The notes: generated by a model not told the origin, from the sequence alone. A DNA stretch of 32,000 bases from Nitrosospira multiformis ATCC 25196 (GCF_000196355.1 NC_007614.1:1530001-1562000), one strand, 5' to 3'. Shown: positions 18,172 through 28,645, counted from the stretch's first letter. Program-made: numbers and translations.

Positions 18172-20259
18172 GTGATTATTACCTTTCCCAATAGCCCTTA
18201 TAAGCTCAACCAGTTATTTCAGCCCGCAGGCGATCAGTCTTCAGCGATCGAAAAACTGGTGGAGGGAATAGAGGACGGGCTGGCATTCCAGACACTGCTG
18301 GGAGTGACGGGCTCCGGCAAGACCTTTACGATGGCCAATGTCATTGCGCGGCTCGGACGTCCCGCGATTATCATGGCGCCAAACAAGACCCTCGCGGCGC
18401 AGTTGTATGCGGAAATGCGGGAGTTTTTCCCGGAAAATGCCGTCGAGTACTTTGTATCGTATTACGACTATTATCAGCCGGAAGCATATGTCCCGTCACG
18501 GGACCTTTTTATCGAGAAAGATTCCGCAATCAACGAGCATATCGAGCAGATGCGCCTGTCTGCCACCAAGGCACTGCTCGAGCGGGACGATGCCATCATC
18601 GTCGCCACGGTGTCGTGCATTTATGGAATAGGCGATCCCGTGGACTATCACGGAATGATCCTCCATCTGCGGGAGCATGAAAAGATCACCCAAAGGCAGG
18701 CAATACAGCGTCTGACAGAAATGCAATACGAGCGTAACGAATTCGAGTTCAGCCGAGGAACCTTCCGGGTGAGGGGAGATGTGCTCGACATCTTTCCCGC
18801 GGAAAGCTCGGAAACCGCCGTGCGTGTTTCCCTGTTTGATGACGAGGTGGAAAGCATGACATTGTTCGATCCTCTTACCGGTCGCACCTCGAGAAAGGTA
18901 TCGCGCTATACCGTTTATCCTTCCAGCCATTACGTGACGCCAAGGAGCACCACTTTGCGCGCCATCGAGACAATCAAGACCGAGTTGAGGGAACGCATGG
19001 ATTTTTTCCACCAGCACAACAAGCTGGTAGAGTTGCAACGCATCGAACAACGCACTCGTTTCGATCTGGAAATGCTCAACGAACTGGGTTTCTGCAAAGG
19101 CATCGAGAACTATTCGCGTCATTTGTCAGGAAAAAAACCGGGAGAACCGCCGCCCACCTTGATGGATTACCTGCCGCCCCGAACGCTGATGGTGATCGAT
19201 GAGAGTCACGTAACGGTTCCGCAAGTCGGAGGAATGTACAAGGGTGATCGGGCCCGCAAGGAAAATCTTGTCGATTATGGGTTTCGCCTGCCTTCAGCGC
19301 TGGATAACCGTCCCCTCCGGTTCGATGAATTCAGGAAAATCATGCCGCAAACGGTGTTTGTGTCTGCGACACCGGCGGAATTCGAAAAGATACACAGTGG
19401 TCAGGTTGTCGAGCAGGTGGTGCGGCCCACAGGTCTCGTAGATCCGCAGATCGAAGTCAGACCGGCGAGCACTCAGGTGGACGATCTGATGTCGGAAGTA
19501 AGGCTGCGTACCGCAAAGGATGAGCGGGTGCTGGTAACGACGCTCACCAAACGCATGGCGGAGGATCTGACGGATTATTTTGCCGACCACGGCATCAGAG
19601 TGCGGTATCTGCATTCCGATATCGATACGGTGGAAAGGGTGGAGATTGTGCGTGACCTGAGACTGGGAAAATTCGATGTGCTGGTCGGCATCAATCTGTT
19701 GCGTGAGGGGCTGGATATGCCGGAGGTATCGCTGGTAGCCATACTGGATGCGGACAAGGAGGGCTTTCTTCGCTCAGAGCGTTCATTGATACAGACCATC
19801 GGCCGCGCGGCGCGCCACATCAATGGCACTGCACTTCTTTATGCGGACAGGATTACAGAATCCATGCGGCTGGCAATGGATGAGACCGAGCGACGGCGCA
19901 ACAAGCAGATCCTGTTCAATCAGGAGCATGGGATTACGCCGCGAAGCGTGCATAAGCGCGTCAAGGACCTGATTGACGGTGTTTACAGCATGGAAACAGC
20001 CCAGCAGCAGCTTAAGGCAGCGCAAACGCAGGCGCGGTACGAAGCCATGAGCGAGACGCAGCTCGCAAAAGAAATCAAGTCACTGGAAAAACAGATGCAC
20101 GAGGCAGCAAAAAATCTCGAATTCGAGAAGGCTGCGGAGTATCGGGATGAATTAAAAAAATTAAAAAACAAGCTCTTTGTCGGATTTGTGGAGCCCCAGG
20201 ATGAGAAAGGAACGGGAGCGGCGAAATCCCGGGGGAAGGTGCCAAGAGCGGTGAGATAG
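18172..20259 (+). CDS. uvrB: Excinuclease ABC subunit B
   Basis: 695 aa; [78 protein letters not shown]-terminal UVR motif; GTG start. Confidence 0.98.
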   Translation: MIITFPNSPYKLNQLFQPAGDQSSAIEKLVEGIEDGLAFQTLLGVTGSGKTFTMANVIARLGRPAIIMAPNKTLAAQLYAEMREFFPENAVEYFVSYYDYYQPEAYVPSRDLFIEKDSAINEHIEQMRLSATKALLERDDAIIVATVSCIYGIGDPVDYHGMILHLREHEKITQRQAIQRLTEMQYERNEFEFSRGTFRVRGDVLDIFPAESSETAVRVSLFDDEVESMTLFDPLTGRTSRKVSRYTVYPSSHYVTPRSTTLRAIETIKTELRERMDFFHQHNKLVELQRIEQRTRFDLEMLNELGFCKGIENYSRHLSGKKPGEPPPTLMDYLPPRTLMVIDESHVTVPQVGGMYKGDRARKENLVDYGFRLPSALDNRPLRFDEFRKIMPQTVFVSATPAEFEKIHSGQVVEQVVRPTGLVDPQIEVRPASTQVDDLMSEVRLRTAKDERVLVTTLTKRMAEDLTDYFADHGIRVRYLHSDIDTVERVEIVRDLRLGKFDVLVGINLLREGLDMPEVSLVAILDADKEGFLRSERSLIQTIGRAARHINGTALLYADRITESMRLAMDETERRRNKQILFNQEHGITPRSVHKRVKDLIDGVYSMETAQQQLKAAQTQARYEAMSETQLAKEIKSLEKQMHEAAKNLEFEKAAEYRDELKKLKNKLFVGFVEPQDEKGTGAAKSRGKVPRAVR

Positions 20260-20300
20260 CGACGGATTAAAGCCGGGAAGCGTCAACATGCTTTTCTGCG

Positions 20301-20648
20301 CTAATTGATCACCGTGGCCGAGTTCGCAAAAATAATTTCCTTGAAGGTACGATTATGAGTCTTGCTGTTGAAATTTTTCATGACGAGACTTTGATCGAAA
20401 CGTACCCGGTCACCCACTTTAACCCGCATCGTTGGCGCCGCAATCCAGAAACGTTTCTCGGTATTCGCCAACTCCATATAGGTATAGCCCGGGGCATCCA
20501 GTGTGGAAAGAACCTTGCCTTCATTGGCTGGCATTCCTGTCGCTGCGCCGGTTGCCGGCGTACTCGTCCCAGCCTCCGCAAGGGCGGGCAGAGGGCTGAA
20601 AAATAGGATGCCAATAAAAAAAGTTGTCGCAAGATAAGTTGTCTTCAA
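20301..20648 (-). CDS. Small exported protein, NrfJ-like
   Basis: Tracked ORF 20301..20681; TTG 20648 has AGGAG upstream (GAGGAGAGTCGTTTTG). KTTYLATTFFIGILFFSPLPALAEA leader, then GKVLSTLDAPGYTYMELANTEKRFWIAAPTMRVKVGDRVRFDQSLVMKNFNSKTHNRTFKEIIF, resembling NrfJ-type proteins. Confidence 0.65.
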   Translation of the reverse strand: MKTTYLATTFFIGILFFSPLPALAEAGTSTPATGAATGMPANEGKVLSTLDAPGYTYMELANTEKRFWIAAPTMRVKVGDRVRFDQSLVMKNFNSKTHNRTFKEIIFANSATVIN

Positions 20649-20765
20649 AACGACTCTCCTCAGTAAATAACAGCCGCGCAATAATACACCCCAATCTCCC
20701 CGGTTCCAACGGAAAGTTTTCCCCGAAAAGCGGGTGCAGACTTTTGGGTTTTTCAGAAATGTGCT

Positions 20766-21269
20766 TCAGCGCGTTCCTGTCCAGGGATCTGCGGGTGCAT
20801 CATCGCGATGGCGGCTGCCCGTTGCAGGATCATTTCGGGGATCGAAAAGAAAAAGGGAGGGTGTCGAGCCATCCAGTACTGTGGGAGTGCCGGGAACAGG
20901 CCGCTGCATTACCGTAATTCCAGGCGCCACAGGATCTGAGGATAATGATCCTGCTACGGCTCGATCCTGCTGGGGCAGCATGTTGCCGGCGCTCATTCCC
21001 CCATGATCGTATTTGCGGGCACAGATAGCGGCGCCTTCCACTATGCTTCGTCCCGCTTTCTGCTCCGAAGCCTCACACGAAAGTCTTTGATATTCAGGCA
21101 TGTATTCCGAGGCTTCCTTGTAGCGACCTGCTTTCATCAGTTCTCTTACATGAAGCTGCGCGTCGCGGAATTTACTTTGAGGATCGGGCTGTTGAAATGT
21201 CAGTGGCACATCCTCCGCGAGAGCCCCTGTAATCCACACCATGGAGATAGCCACAACGATGAGTCGCAT
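20766..21269 (-). CDS. Putative exported protein, function unknown
   Basis: 167 aa; signal-like MRLIVVAISMVWITGALAEDVPL; AGCTCC (SD complement) just upstream of the start on the minus strand. Confidence 0.6.
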   Translation of the reverse strand: MRLIVVAISMVWITGALAEDVPLTFQQPDPQSKFRDAQLHVRELMKAGRYKEASEYMPEYQRLSCEASEQKAGRSIVEGAAICARKYDHGGMSAGNMLPQQDRAVAGSLSSDPVAPGITVMQRPVPGTPTVLDGSTPSLFLFDPRNDPATGSRHRDDAPADPWTGTR

Positions 21270-21289
21270 ATCAGCTCCTTTCAGTGAAT

Positions 21290-21327
21290 GGAATTTTTGA
21301 GGGATAACGGAATTTCTGAGGGATTAT
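21290..21327 (+). repeat. Imperfect 19-bp tandem duplication upstream of the 20766..21269 (-) gene
   Basis: GGAATTTTTGAGGGATAAC / GGAATTTCTGAGGGATTAT, 16 of 19 identical. Confidence 0.7.
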
Positions 21328-21942
21328 AGAATGATGATTTCAGAAAAAAAACCCGCTGCAATTTAATATTTGCTTTCCCATTCATCACGCCGCAGCGCTT
21401 CTTTCTCTTTTACAGGCAAGTGCGCCACGAGCATCCGGGCTAAGCATGAGAGGAGGGATATCAGGAAGGACTGGAAAATGAGGATACAAAAAAGAGACCC
21501 GGTAAGGAGTAGTTGGCCTTTACCGGGTCAGTGGCATCCACTACAAGAGGGAGAAAAAAGCGGATGCCTGAGTGTCATTTTCCCTTAGTCTGACTATGGT
21601 TTCTGTGCGCAGGCGCACATAAATGAATTTTCTTGCTTCGGCATTCGCTCATAGGCGGATGCGATTATATCCGGCGTACGGTTTTGCTGTTCGAGGGGCA
21701 AAATACTGCACTCACAATAAGGCTGTCCAGCTCGTACTATTGATTGCGTAATGCTGACAGTTTCTAGGCGGCGGAAAACGATGGCAATCACGATCATTTC
21801 TATTTTCCTGATTTTGCATATAATGTATATTATGTTAAATTCAATATATGGTTGGGAAACTGAATGATGCGTGGACGAACATGCCCACCTCAAGCCAGCA
21901 GCCACAATCCCCACCATGATATTTTTCCCATCTTATTATCCA

Positions 21943-22365
21943 TCACGCCATCCCCAAATCACCCAAAATCTGCGCAGAATACAACCGGGTCTCCAACGGC
22001 TCTGGTTTTTCTCCGCGCAGCCACTTGGCCAGGTTCCCTTCACCCCAGTTATAGGCTTTGAGCGCGAGTTCCCACGTACCAAATTTCTTATAGAGCCTGA
22101 CCAGAAACTGTCCCGCATAATCGATGGCTTCCGCCGGGTTAAGGGGGTCTACGCCAGGATGCCAGCGCGTCATGATTTGCATTATTCCCATTGCCCCGGC
22201 ACTCGATACTGTACGCCCGGAAACAATGTCCTCCCGAAAGCGCGACTCCTGCCACGCCAGGCGCGCCAGCATGCCGGACGGTATTCCGTAACGCTTTTCG
22301 GCTGCTTCAAGCAGTGGCTTATACTTGGCGCCGCGTCCGTTCAAATCATCGACCCAATTTTCCAT
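21943..22365 (-). CDS. Lytic transglycosylase SLT-domain protein
   Basis: 140 aa; YGIPSGMLARLAWQESRFREDIVSGRTVSSAGAMGIMQIM...YNWGEGNLAKWL. Confidence 0.88.
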   Translation of the reverse strand: MENWVDDLNGRGAKYKPLLEAAEKRYGIPSGMLARLAWQESRFREDIVSGRTVSSAGAMGIMQIMTRWHPGVDPLNPAEAIDYAGQFLVRLYKKFGTWELALKAYNWGEGNLAKWLRGEKPEPLETRLYSAQILGDLGMA

Positions 22366-22655
22366 ACATACCCCGAAATCGTTGGCAGCCTATCGTCAGC
22401 CGTATCAAAGATGCTACCTCCTTGCAAACTGCCGCTAGTTGCCATTATCCAGATTGACAAGAAGTACTCGGACAGATCTCAGGAAGTGTAGCTTGTTTGG
22501 CATGATGGCATGATTTTCCATACTTCCCATGCCGGGTATTCATGCCTGCGCTTCCTCGCCCGCTTCCTTTTCCCCAGCGGTAACAAGGCACTTTAGACAC
22601 CGTGGCGCCGTGCAGAAGACACGGCACGGTGGCGGGATGGATGCTGAACGGAGGG

Positions 22656-22859
22656 TTATTCCTTCTTTATTTCTGTTCCCGCCAGGATTGGCCATTTGGC
22701 AAACGCAAGAATCCATAGAAGAATCAAGATGCCCCCAGGGATCAAGGCAATCCAGGATAATGCCGGCTTGAACCCTGCTCTTCCGAAGATTCTCCAGAAT
22801 GGAACGACGAAAAAGAGTGTGGATACTATCAACCACTGCAAAATCGCAAATTCACTCAT
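22656..22859 (-). CDS. Small membrane protein, about 67 aa, two hydrophobic segments
   Basis: MSEFAILQWLIVSTLFFVVPFWRIFGRAGFKPALSWIALIPGGILILLWILAFAKWP; trimmed from tracked ORF 22656..22871. Confidence 0.6.
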   Translation of the reverse strand: MSEFAILQWLIVSTLFFVVPFWRIFGRAGFKPALSWIALIPGGILILLWILAFAKWPILAGTEIKKE

Positions 22860-23103
22860 CTTACCTCCCAATACTCAATATGATTCTTGCGGCTTCAACC
22901 ACAAGAACCCTTTCATTATTTTTCAATTTTACTTGCCGCGATAATCTGATGGAGGTTTTTTCAAAAAACCTTGTTTCCACTGCCTGTCACCCCTGTGCGT
23001 AGCATAACGTCTTATGTTCACCTAGCGTCGATATCTGGTTTCCCCTGCCTATTTTCCGCGATAATTGTGGTTTCAGTCACAACAAATGAGATCGAGTCCG
23101 CTC

Positions 23104-23829
23104 ATGCATCTTTCGATAATCATCCCCGCTTTTAACGAAGAGCTTCTGATTGAAGCGTGTCTTGAATCTGTTCATGCATCGCTCGCGGCGAATGCAAGGC
23201 ATGGCCTTACCTCGGAAATAATTGTAGTCGACAACAATTCCACGGATAACACGGCTGAGCTTGCGAGGCAAGCCGGTGCACAGGTTGTTTTCGAGCCGGT
23301 TAACCAGATCGGCCGGGCGCGAAATACCGGAGCTGCCGTGGCCACGGGGGACTGGCTATTATTTGTGGATGCCGACAGTATTTTGAACCCCGGATTACTT
23401 GCCGATATTCTGCGGTTGATAGAGCAAGGCCGAATTGTAGGTTGCGGGAGTGCCATCAAAATGCAGGACCTGCCGTGGTGGGCCAGTGGGGTATTGCAAC
23501 TTTGGACTGCAACATCCGTCCTCTTTCGCTGGGCGGCGGGCGCACTTGTCGTCAGCCGCGCCGATGCATTCCGGGATGTTGGCGGCTTCGACCAGGAACT
23601 TTATGCCGCTGATGAAATAACTCTGAGCGAAAAGCTGAAAAAATGGGGACGGATGCGCGGTCTGCAATTCCCGATCCTGACGAAACATCCGCTGGAATCC
23701 TCGCCGCGGAAGGTGCAGCTCTACTCTGCGGGAGAGATTTTTGGCCAGATTGCGCGCGTCCTGCTGAGCCCTCGTCGCTCTCTGCAAGACAAAAAGCACC
23801 TGTCAGTCTGGTACGATGGGCGGCGCTGA
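23104..23829 (+). CDS. Family 2 glycosyltransferase
   Basis: MHLSIIIPAFNEELLIEACLESV...IIVVDNNSTDNTAELARQAGAQVVFEPVNQIGRARNTGAAVATGDWLLFVDADS; trimmed from tracked ORF 23065..23829. Confidence 0.92.
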   Translation: MHLSIIIPAFNEELLIEACLESVHASLAANARHGLTSEIIVVDNNSTDNTAELARQAGAQVVFEPVNQIGRARNTGAAVATGDWLLFVDADSILNPGLLADILRLIEQGRIVGCGSAIKMQDLPWWASGVLQLWTATSVLFRWAAGALVVSRADAFRDVGGFDQELYAADEITLSEKLKKWGRMRGLQFPILTKHPLESSPRKVQLYSAGEIFGQIARVLLSPRRSLQDKKHLSVWYDGRR

Positions 23830-23906
23830 CTTGTCACGGGCAATAACACCAAATGCGTGAGCCAGGCGGTTAAGTTGAGCAGTCATGGACAAACGAGGAG
23901 AGATTT

Positions 23907-24395
23907 ATGAAGGTTGAACCCCGGAAGGAACATCAGTGGTTTCAGAAACTCGTGGGTGAATGGACCTTTGAGGTGGAGGCAATGATGGGCCCCGACAAGC
24001 CACCGGAGAAATTCAGCGGCTCGGAAAGCGTGCGCTCGATAGGCGATGTCTGGATACAGTGCGAAGGCCACGGCAGCATGTGCGATACGGGTGCTGCAAC
24101 AACCCTGATGACCCTCGGTTACGACCCGCAAAAAAAGCAATATGTGGGAACATGGGTCGGATCGATGATGACCCATCTTTGGATCTACCAAGGATCACTT
24201 GATGAAGAAGAGAAGATTCTGACACTGAATACGGAGGGCCCAAGCTTTTCAGCTGAAGGAAAACTGGGAAAATTCAGGGATGTGATCGAGATCAAAAGCG
24301 ATGATCACAGGGTATTGACTTCGCACATGCTGGGTGACGACGGCACCTGGCATCAATTCATGACGGCAAACTATCGGCGGAAACAGCAGGAATAG
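23907..24395 (+). CDS. DUF1579-like protein
   Basis: 162 aa; HQWFQKLVGEWTFEVEAMMGPDKPPEKFSGSESVRSIGDVWIQCEG...TTLMTLGYDPQKKQYVGTWVGSMM. Confidence 0.82.
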   Translation: MKVEPRKEHQWFQKLVGEWTFEVEAMMGPDKPPEKFSGSESVRSIGDVWIQCEGHGSMCDTGAATTLMTLGYDPQKKQYVGTWVGSMMTHLWIYQGSLDEEEKILTLNTEGPSFSAEGKLGKFRDVIEIKSDDHRVLTSHMLGDDGTWHQFMTANYRRKQQE

Positions 24396-24863
24396 CTGTC
24401 ATTGCCATTTTACGCGTAAACAAGCGTGACCGAAGTTGCCTTGCGGGTGAGTTCTTCGTCTGCCTGGGGTTTTTTCTCGCGATTTTCTCCGTCATGGGCC
24501 ATGGGAGTTTCTGGCGCCACGACGCAGGCAAAGCGTTGTTACACTGCGAGTTAGTCAATTAACCATCACCAAAGCAAAATTGGTTTGTTGTTGATTATTG
24601 TTTTACCGTCACTATTCAATGGTTCGAGAATTTTAAAACATCAAATAAGCTGCAAGATCTTCTACTTCAAAAGTGAACTTCTCGCTGCGCAGAAACCTTC
24701 ATAATCGTCGTTAAGTCCAAATCCAAAGCCTCTTTATCGACGAAATGGCTTTCTAAAACCTCATGGCCATGATCTCCAAGATGCGAAAGAATATTTTGGA
24801 AGTAAATTGATGGAGCTTTGTCAGATAAATGACATTAAATATGAATTTTGCTGAAACTGACCA

Positions 24864-26345
24864 ATGTCGAACGAACATCCTGTTCTTGAACAAGCTGCTC
24901 CGGAAATTTATCGCGCTGTAATTCTCGGTGCTGGCGTTTCGGGCCTCTGCATGGGCAGGGCTTTGCGTAAAGCCGGCATCACCTCATTTCTCATTATCGA
25001 GAAATCCGCGGGAATTTGAGGCACGTGGTGGGACAATACCTATCCCGGAGCCGAGTGTGATGTCCGTTCTCACCTTTATTCGTACTCCTTCGACCTCAAC
25101 CCCGACTGGTCTCAGGCCTATGCTCCACAACCTGAAATCCGGAAATATCTGGTGCGATTTGCCACGAAGTTCGATCTCCTGTCTCACATCAGGCTCAATG
25201 CAGCACTGACGAGCGCACGCTTTGATGCTGAACAGGGGTTATGGCTGCTACGGCTTGAAAACGGGGAGCAACTGAAGGCAAGCTTCTTCATCTGCAGCGC
25301 GGGACCGCTGAGCGAGCCGCGCTATCCCGATATCCCGGGTATGGATACCTATGAAGGGCGTCTTTTTCATTCTGCGCGGTGGGATCACGATTACCCCCTC
25401 AATGGAAAACGGGTGGCGGTCATCGGCACCGCGGCGAGCGCGGTACAGATCATTCCCCATATTGCTCCCCTTGCTGCAAGGCTTTACGTCTGCCAGCGTT
25501 CCCCCAACTGGATCATACCCAGGCTGAATCATGTTTATGCGCCATGGGAGAAAGCCCTGTTTCGGTTAAAGCCCATTGCCAAAACCAACCGTTTTCTGCT
25601 CTACTGGCTTCATGAAATGAACCGTCTTTCCTTTAATCCCGGCGGTTTCATGGCAAGGATCGGGCGTGAACTTGCAGAATGGCATCTCAGGCGGCAGGTG
25701 ATCGACCCGCGCCTGCGGGGAGCGTTGCGTCCCGGCTATCCCCTCGGCTGCAAGCGTGTCCTGCTTTCCAACGATTACTACCCTACCCTCATGCGCCCCA
25801 ATGTGGAGCTGATCGATACGCCTATCGACCGAATCGATCCCGGCGGTATCGTCACCCGGGACGGGCAGAAACGCGAAGTGGATGTGATTATTTGTGCAAC
25901 CGGCTTCAATGTAAAACGCATGCTCTCGGTAGAGATACGGGGTTTGCAGGGCTATCGCCTGAATGAGGCGTGGGCGCGCGAGCCCAAGGCTTATCAGGGA
26001 GTCACCGTGGCCAGCTTCCCCAACCTTTTCATACTCCTAGGGCCGAACACGGGGCAAGGACACACCTCCGCGATCCTTTTTATAGAAGCCCAGGTGAACT
26101 ATGCGTTGAAATGCATTCAGGAGATTGCCAGGCAGCAGAAGCGCTTTCTTTCAGTGAAACCGGAAGCCATGAACCGGTATAACGAGGAATTGCAAAAGAC
26201 GTTATCGACATCGGTATGGGCTGCAGGATGCCGGAGCTGGTACAAGACAGAATCCGGGAAAATCATCGGAATTTATCCCGGATTCTCTTTTCAGTACGCA
26301 AAGCAGCTTCGGGAACCGCGATTCGAGGATTATGTCATGTGTTAG
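24864..26345 (+). pseudogene. Flavin-containing monooxygenase / Baeyer-Villiger monooxygenase-like, interrupted by one in-frame TGA (25017-25019)
   Basis: From ATG 24864: [81 protein letters not shown]..., continuing in the same frame into tracked ORF 25152..26345. GAGVSG FAD motif and a YEGRLFHSARWD BVMO-fingerprint-like segment. Confidence 0.85.
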
Positions 26346-26525
26346 GCCTTGCGGAACTGGCCGCACCTAGACAGGCCAACGTCGTATATGCCGATCATGA
26401 AGAGGCTGTCTCCGTGACTCAGTGCCAACAGAAGGAGATGCGCGCTTTCGCTCCTTGGACAAGGATGTCCTGAGCTTGCCAAACTTGCCAAAGGGCTCAG
26501 GACGAAGGGAGACGAAGGTCTCGCT

Positions 26526-26744
26526 CTACCACAGATCCCCGAGCACCCTGTTGAGCATGAAAAGCACTACCGCCAGTCCCAGCAAACCCAGCAGCTTGCC
26601 GCTTTCCTCCATCCTGTCTGCGATCAAGCCCGGAATCTCGCCGGATTTGCGGAAGAAATACAATGCAACCGCAATGCCCGCCACCATTGCTGCATACAAT
26701 ATTTCCACATAGCCGATCTGAAAATACCATTCACTTTTATCCAC
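26526..26744 (-). CDS. Small membrane protein of unknown function
   Basis: 72 aa; MDKSEWYFQIGYVEILYAAMVAGIAVALYFFRKSGEIPGLIADRMEESGKLLGLLGLAVVLFMLNRVLGDLW; two hydrophobic segments. Confidence 0.6.
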   Translation of the reverse strand: MDKSEWYFQIGYVEILYAAMVAGIAVALYFFRKSGEIPGLIADRMEESGKLLGLLGLAVVLFMLNRVLGDLW

Positions 26745-26852
26745 GCGGCATTTCCTTTTCCTGTTTATCTTGCTCCCTGGTCGGCAGGGAACGCTTCTCC
26801 TGCTTCTCCTCTCGATAGACTCCTGCCGATGGAGGTCCGGCGGATTCTGCCT

Positions 26853-27548
26853 TTATGCGGCGACGACATGGAGTAGCCGCAGCAGTTCTTCCGCTGCCAG
26901 CCGGGAAGAGGCGGGATTCTGGCCGGTTATCAGCTTGTCATCGACCTTGACATAGGGCGTCCAGTTGTCCGCTTTGCTGTAAATGGCGCCACGTTCCCTC
27001 AATCGGTCTTCCAGCAGGAACGGAACAACCGGGGTCAAGCCGACTGCTGCTTCCTCGGCATTTGAAAAACCGGTCACGCGCATCCCTTTGACCAGATACT
27101 CCCCGTCTTTTCCACGCACATTGACCAAAGCGGCGGGAGCATGACACACTGCGGCAATCGGTTTATCGGCTTCTATGAATTCCTCCAGCAGTGAAATGGA
27201 TATGCGGTTGTCCGGCATGTCCCACATCGGCCCATGCCCTCCGGGATAAAAGACCGCATCGTAATCGGCTGCCGAGATATAGGTCAGCTCTTTCGTATGG
27301 GCAAGCTCAGCCTGCGCGGCGCCGTCTGTCCGAAAGCGGCGCGTCAGGTGAGTCTGATTTTCCGGGAGATCGCTTTTGGGGTCGATCGGCGGCATATTGC
27401 CTTTCGGCGATGCCAGCGTGATTTCCGCTCCCGCATCCTTGAATGCATAATAGGGAGCAACGAATTCTTCCAGCCAGAAGCCGGTCTTCTTTCCAGTGTC
27501 GCCAAGTTGATCATGGGATGTCAGAACGATGAGAATTTTCATGTTCAT
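26853..27548 (-). CDS. DJ-1/PfpI family protein (type 1 glutamine amidotransferase-like, Hsp31-like)
   Basis: MNMKILIVLTSHDQLGDTGKKTGFWLEEFVAPYYAFKDAG...VFYPGGHGPMWDM...IAAVCHAPAALV; start trimmed from tracked 27578. Confidence 0.92.
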   Translation of the reverse strand: MNMKILIVLTSHDQLGDTGKKTGFWLEEFVAPYYAFKDAGAEITLASPKGNMPPIDPKSDLPENQTHLTRRFRTDGAAQAELAHTKELTYISAADYDAVFYPGGHGPMWDMPDNRISISLLEEFIEADKPIAAVCHAPAALVNVRGKDGEYLVKGMRVTGFSNAEEAAVGLTPVVPFLLEDRLRERGAIYSKADNWTPYVKVDDKLITGQNPASSRLAAEELLRLLHVVAA

Positions 27549-27646
27549 CTCCTTTGTGGAAAAACATCGAAACGCCAACGGAAAATTGGAACAGTTAACC
27601 TATAGCAGGTATTGGCATCGCTTTCAAACTCGACAGTCGGCCCACG

Positions 27647-28642
27647 ATGCTCGCAATTGAAATACAACATCCGGGAGGGCCGGAGGTGCTGAGGCCTGCA
27701 TTCCATCCGGTTCCCCAGCCCGGCCCTGGTGAAATTCTGATCAAAGTGGCAACGGTCGGAGTAAATCGGCCCGATATCCTGCAGCGCCGGGGCCTTTACC
27801 CTCCCCCTCCGGGCGCCTCGGAAATCCCGGGACTGGAAGTCGCGGGGGAAATCGTTGAATCAGGCGAAGGCACAATCCGATTCAGGCCGGGCGAAAAGGT
27901 TTGCGCGCTGGTGGCGGGCGGTGGCTATGCCGAATACTGCGCCGTGCACGAAAGCAATGCCCTGCCGATACCATCAGGTCTCGGCATGATCGAGGCAGCG
28001 GCATTGCCGGAAACCTTTTTTACCGTTTGGACCAACCTGTTCCAGCGCGGCAAGCTAAAATCGGGCGAGACTGTACTCATTCATGGTGGCACTTCGGGCA
28101 TCGGCACCACCGCCACAATGCTGGCCAAGGCTTTCGGCGCTCTTGTCCTGACAACCGCAGGCTCGGAGGAAAAATGCCGGGCATGCGTTGCTCTGGGCGC
28201 TGATTTTGCCATCAATTACCGCACCCAGGATTTCGTCGAGGAAGTCCGGAAGTTTACGGATGGCAAAGGAGTCGATGTCATTCTCGATGTTGTCGCCGGG
28301 GACTACGTGGCGAGAAACTACAAGGCGGCTGCGCTCAATGGCCGTATTCTCCAGGTCGGCATCCAGAATGGGCCTGCCATGGAACTGAACCTGATGCCCA
28401 TGCTGGCAAAAAGGCTGACTCATACCGGGTCGACCCTGCGATCGCGCACGGTGCCTGAAAAGGCCCAGATTGCCCAGGAACTGGAGCAGCAGGTCTGGCC
28501 ATTATTGCATGAGGGAAAAATAAAACCGCAAATATTCAAAACATTCCGACTGGAGGAAGCTGCCGAGGCGCATGTATTGATGGAATCAGGCGCCCATATC
28601 GGAAAAATCGTATTGATGACAGGAGCAACTATCTCCGCTTGA
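27647..28642 (+). CDS. NAD(P)H-quinone oxidoreductase, zeta-crystallin/PIG3-like (MDR family)
   Basis: 331 aa; VGVNRPDILQRRGLYPPPPGASEIPGLEVAGEIV, ETVLIHGGTSGIGTTATMLAKAFGA. Confidence 0.93.
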   Translation: MLAIEIQHPGGPEVLRPAFHPVPQPGPGEILIKVATVGVNRPDILQRRGLYPPPPGASEIPGLEVAGEIVESGEGTIRFRPGEKVCALVAGGGYAEYCAVHESNALPIPSGLGMIEAAALPETFFTVWTNLFQRGKLKSGETVLIHGGTSGIGTTATMLAKAFGALVLTTAGSEEKCRACVALGADFAINYRTQDFVEEVRKFTDGKGVDVILDVVAGDYVARNYKAAALNGRILQVGIQNGPAMELNLMPMLAKRLTHTGSTLRSRTVPEKAQIAQELEQQVWPLLHEGKIKPQIFKTFRLEEAAEAHVLMESGAHIGKIVLMTGATISA

Positions 28643-28645
28643 TCC

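Noticed and set aside
21594-21917. 107-aa minus-strand ORF MVGIVAAGLRWACSSTHHSV...
   Set aside because: Composition is atypical and it sits in an AT-rich spacer; no signal peptide, RBS or domain convincing enough to call.
22598-22631. CACCGTG...CACGGTG inverted repeat downstream of the small membrane protein gene as a terminator
   Set aside because: Short 7-bp stem with a 20-nt loop and no convincing T-run; recorded but not called.
22936-23065. CCGCGATAAT present twice (22936-22945 and 23056-23065) upstream of the glycosyltransferase
   Set aside because: A 10-bp repeat pair alone in an AT-rich spacer is weak evidence for a regulatory site or repeat family.
25017-25019. TGA as a possible selenocysteine codon
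   Set aside because: The position corresponds to a conserved glycine in the GGTW motif, not a catalytic cysteine, and I recognise no selenocysteine-specific context. Nonsense mutation or sequencing error is simpler.
25379-26182. Overlapping ORFs 25379..25615, 25679..25966 and 25970..26182 inside the monooxygenase
   Set aside because: Alternate-frame shadows of the conserved BVMO reading frame; sequences look like frame-shifted translations with no independent signal.
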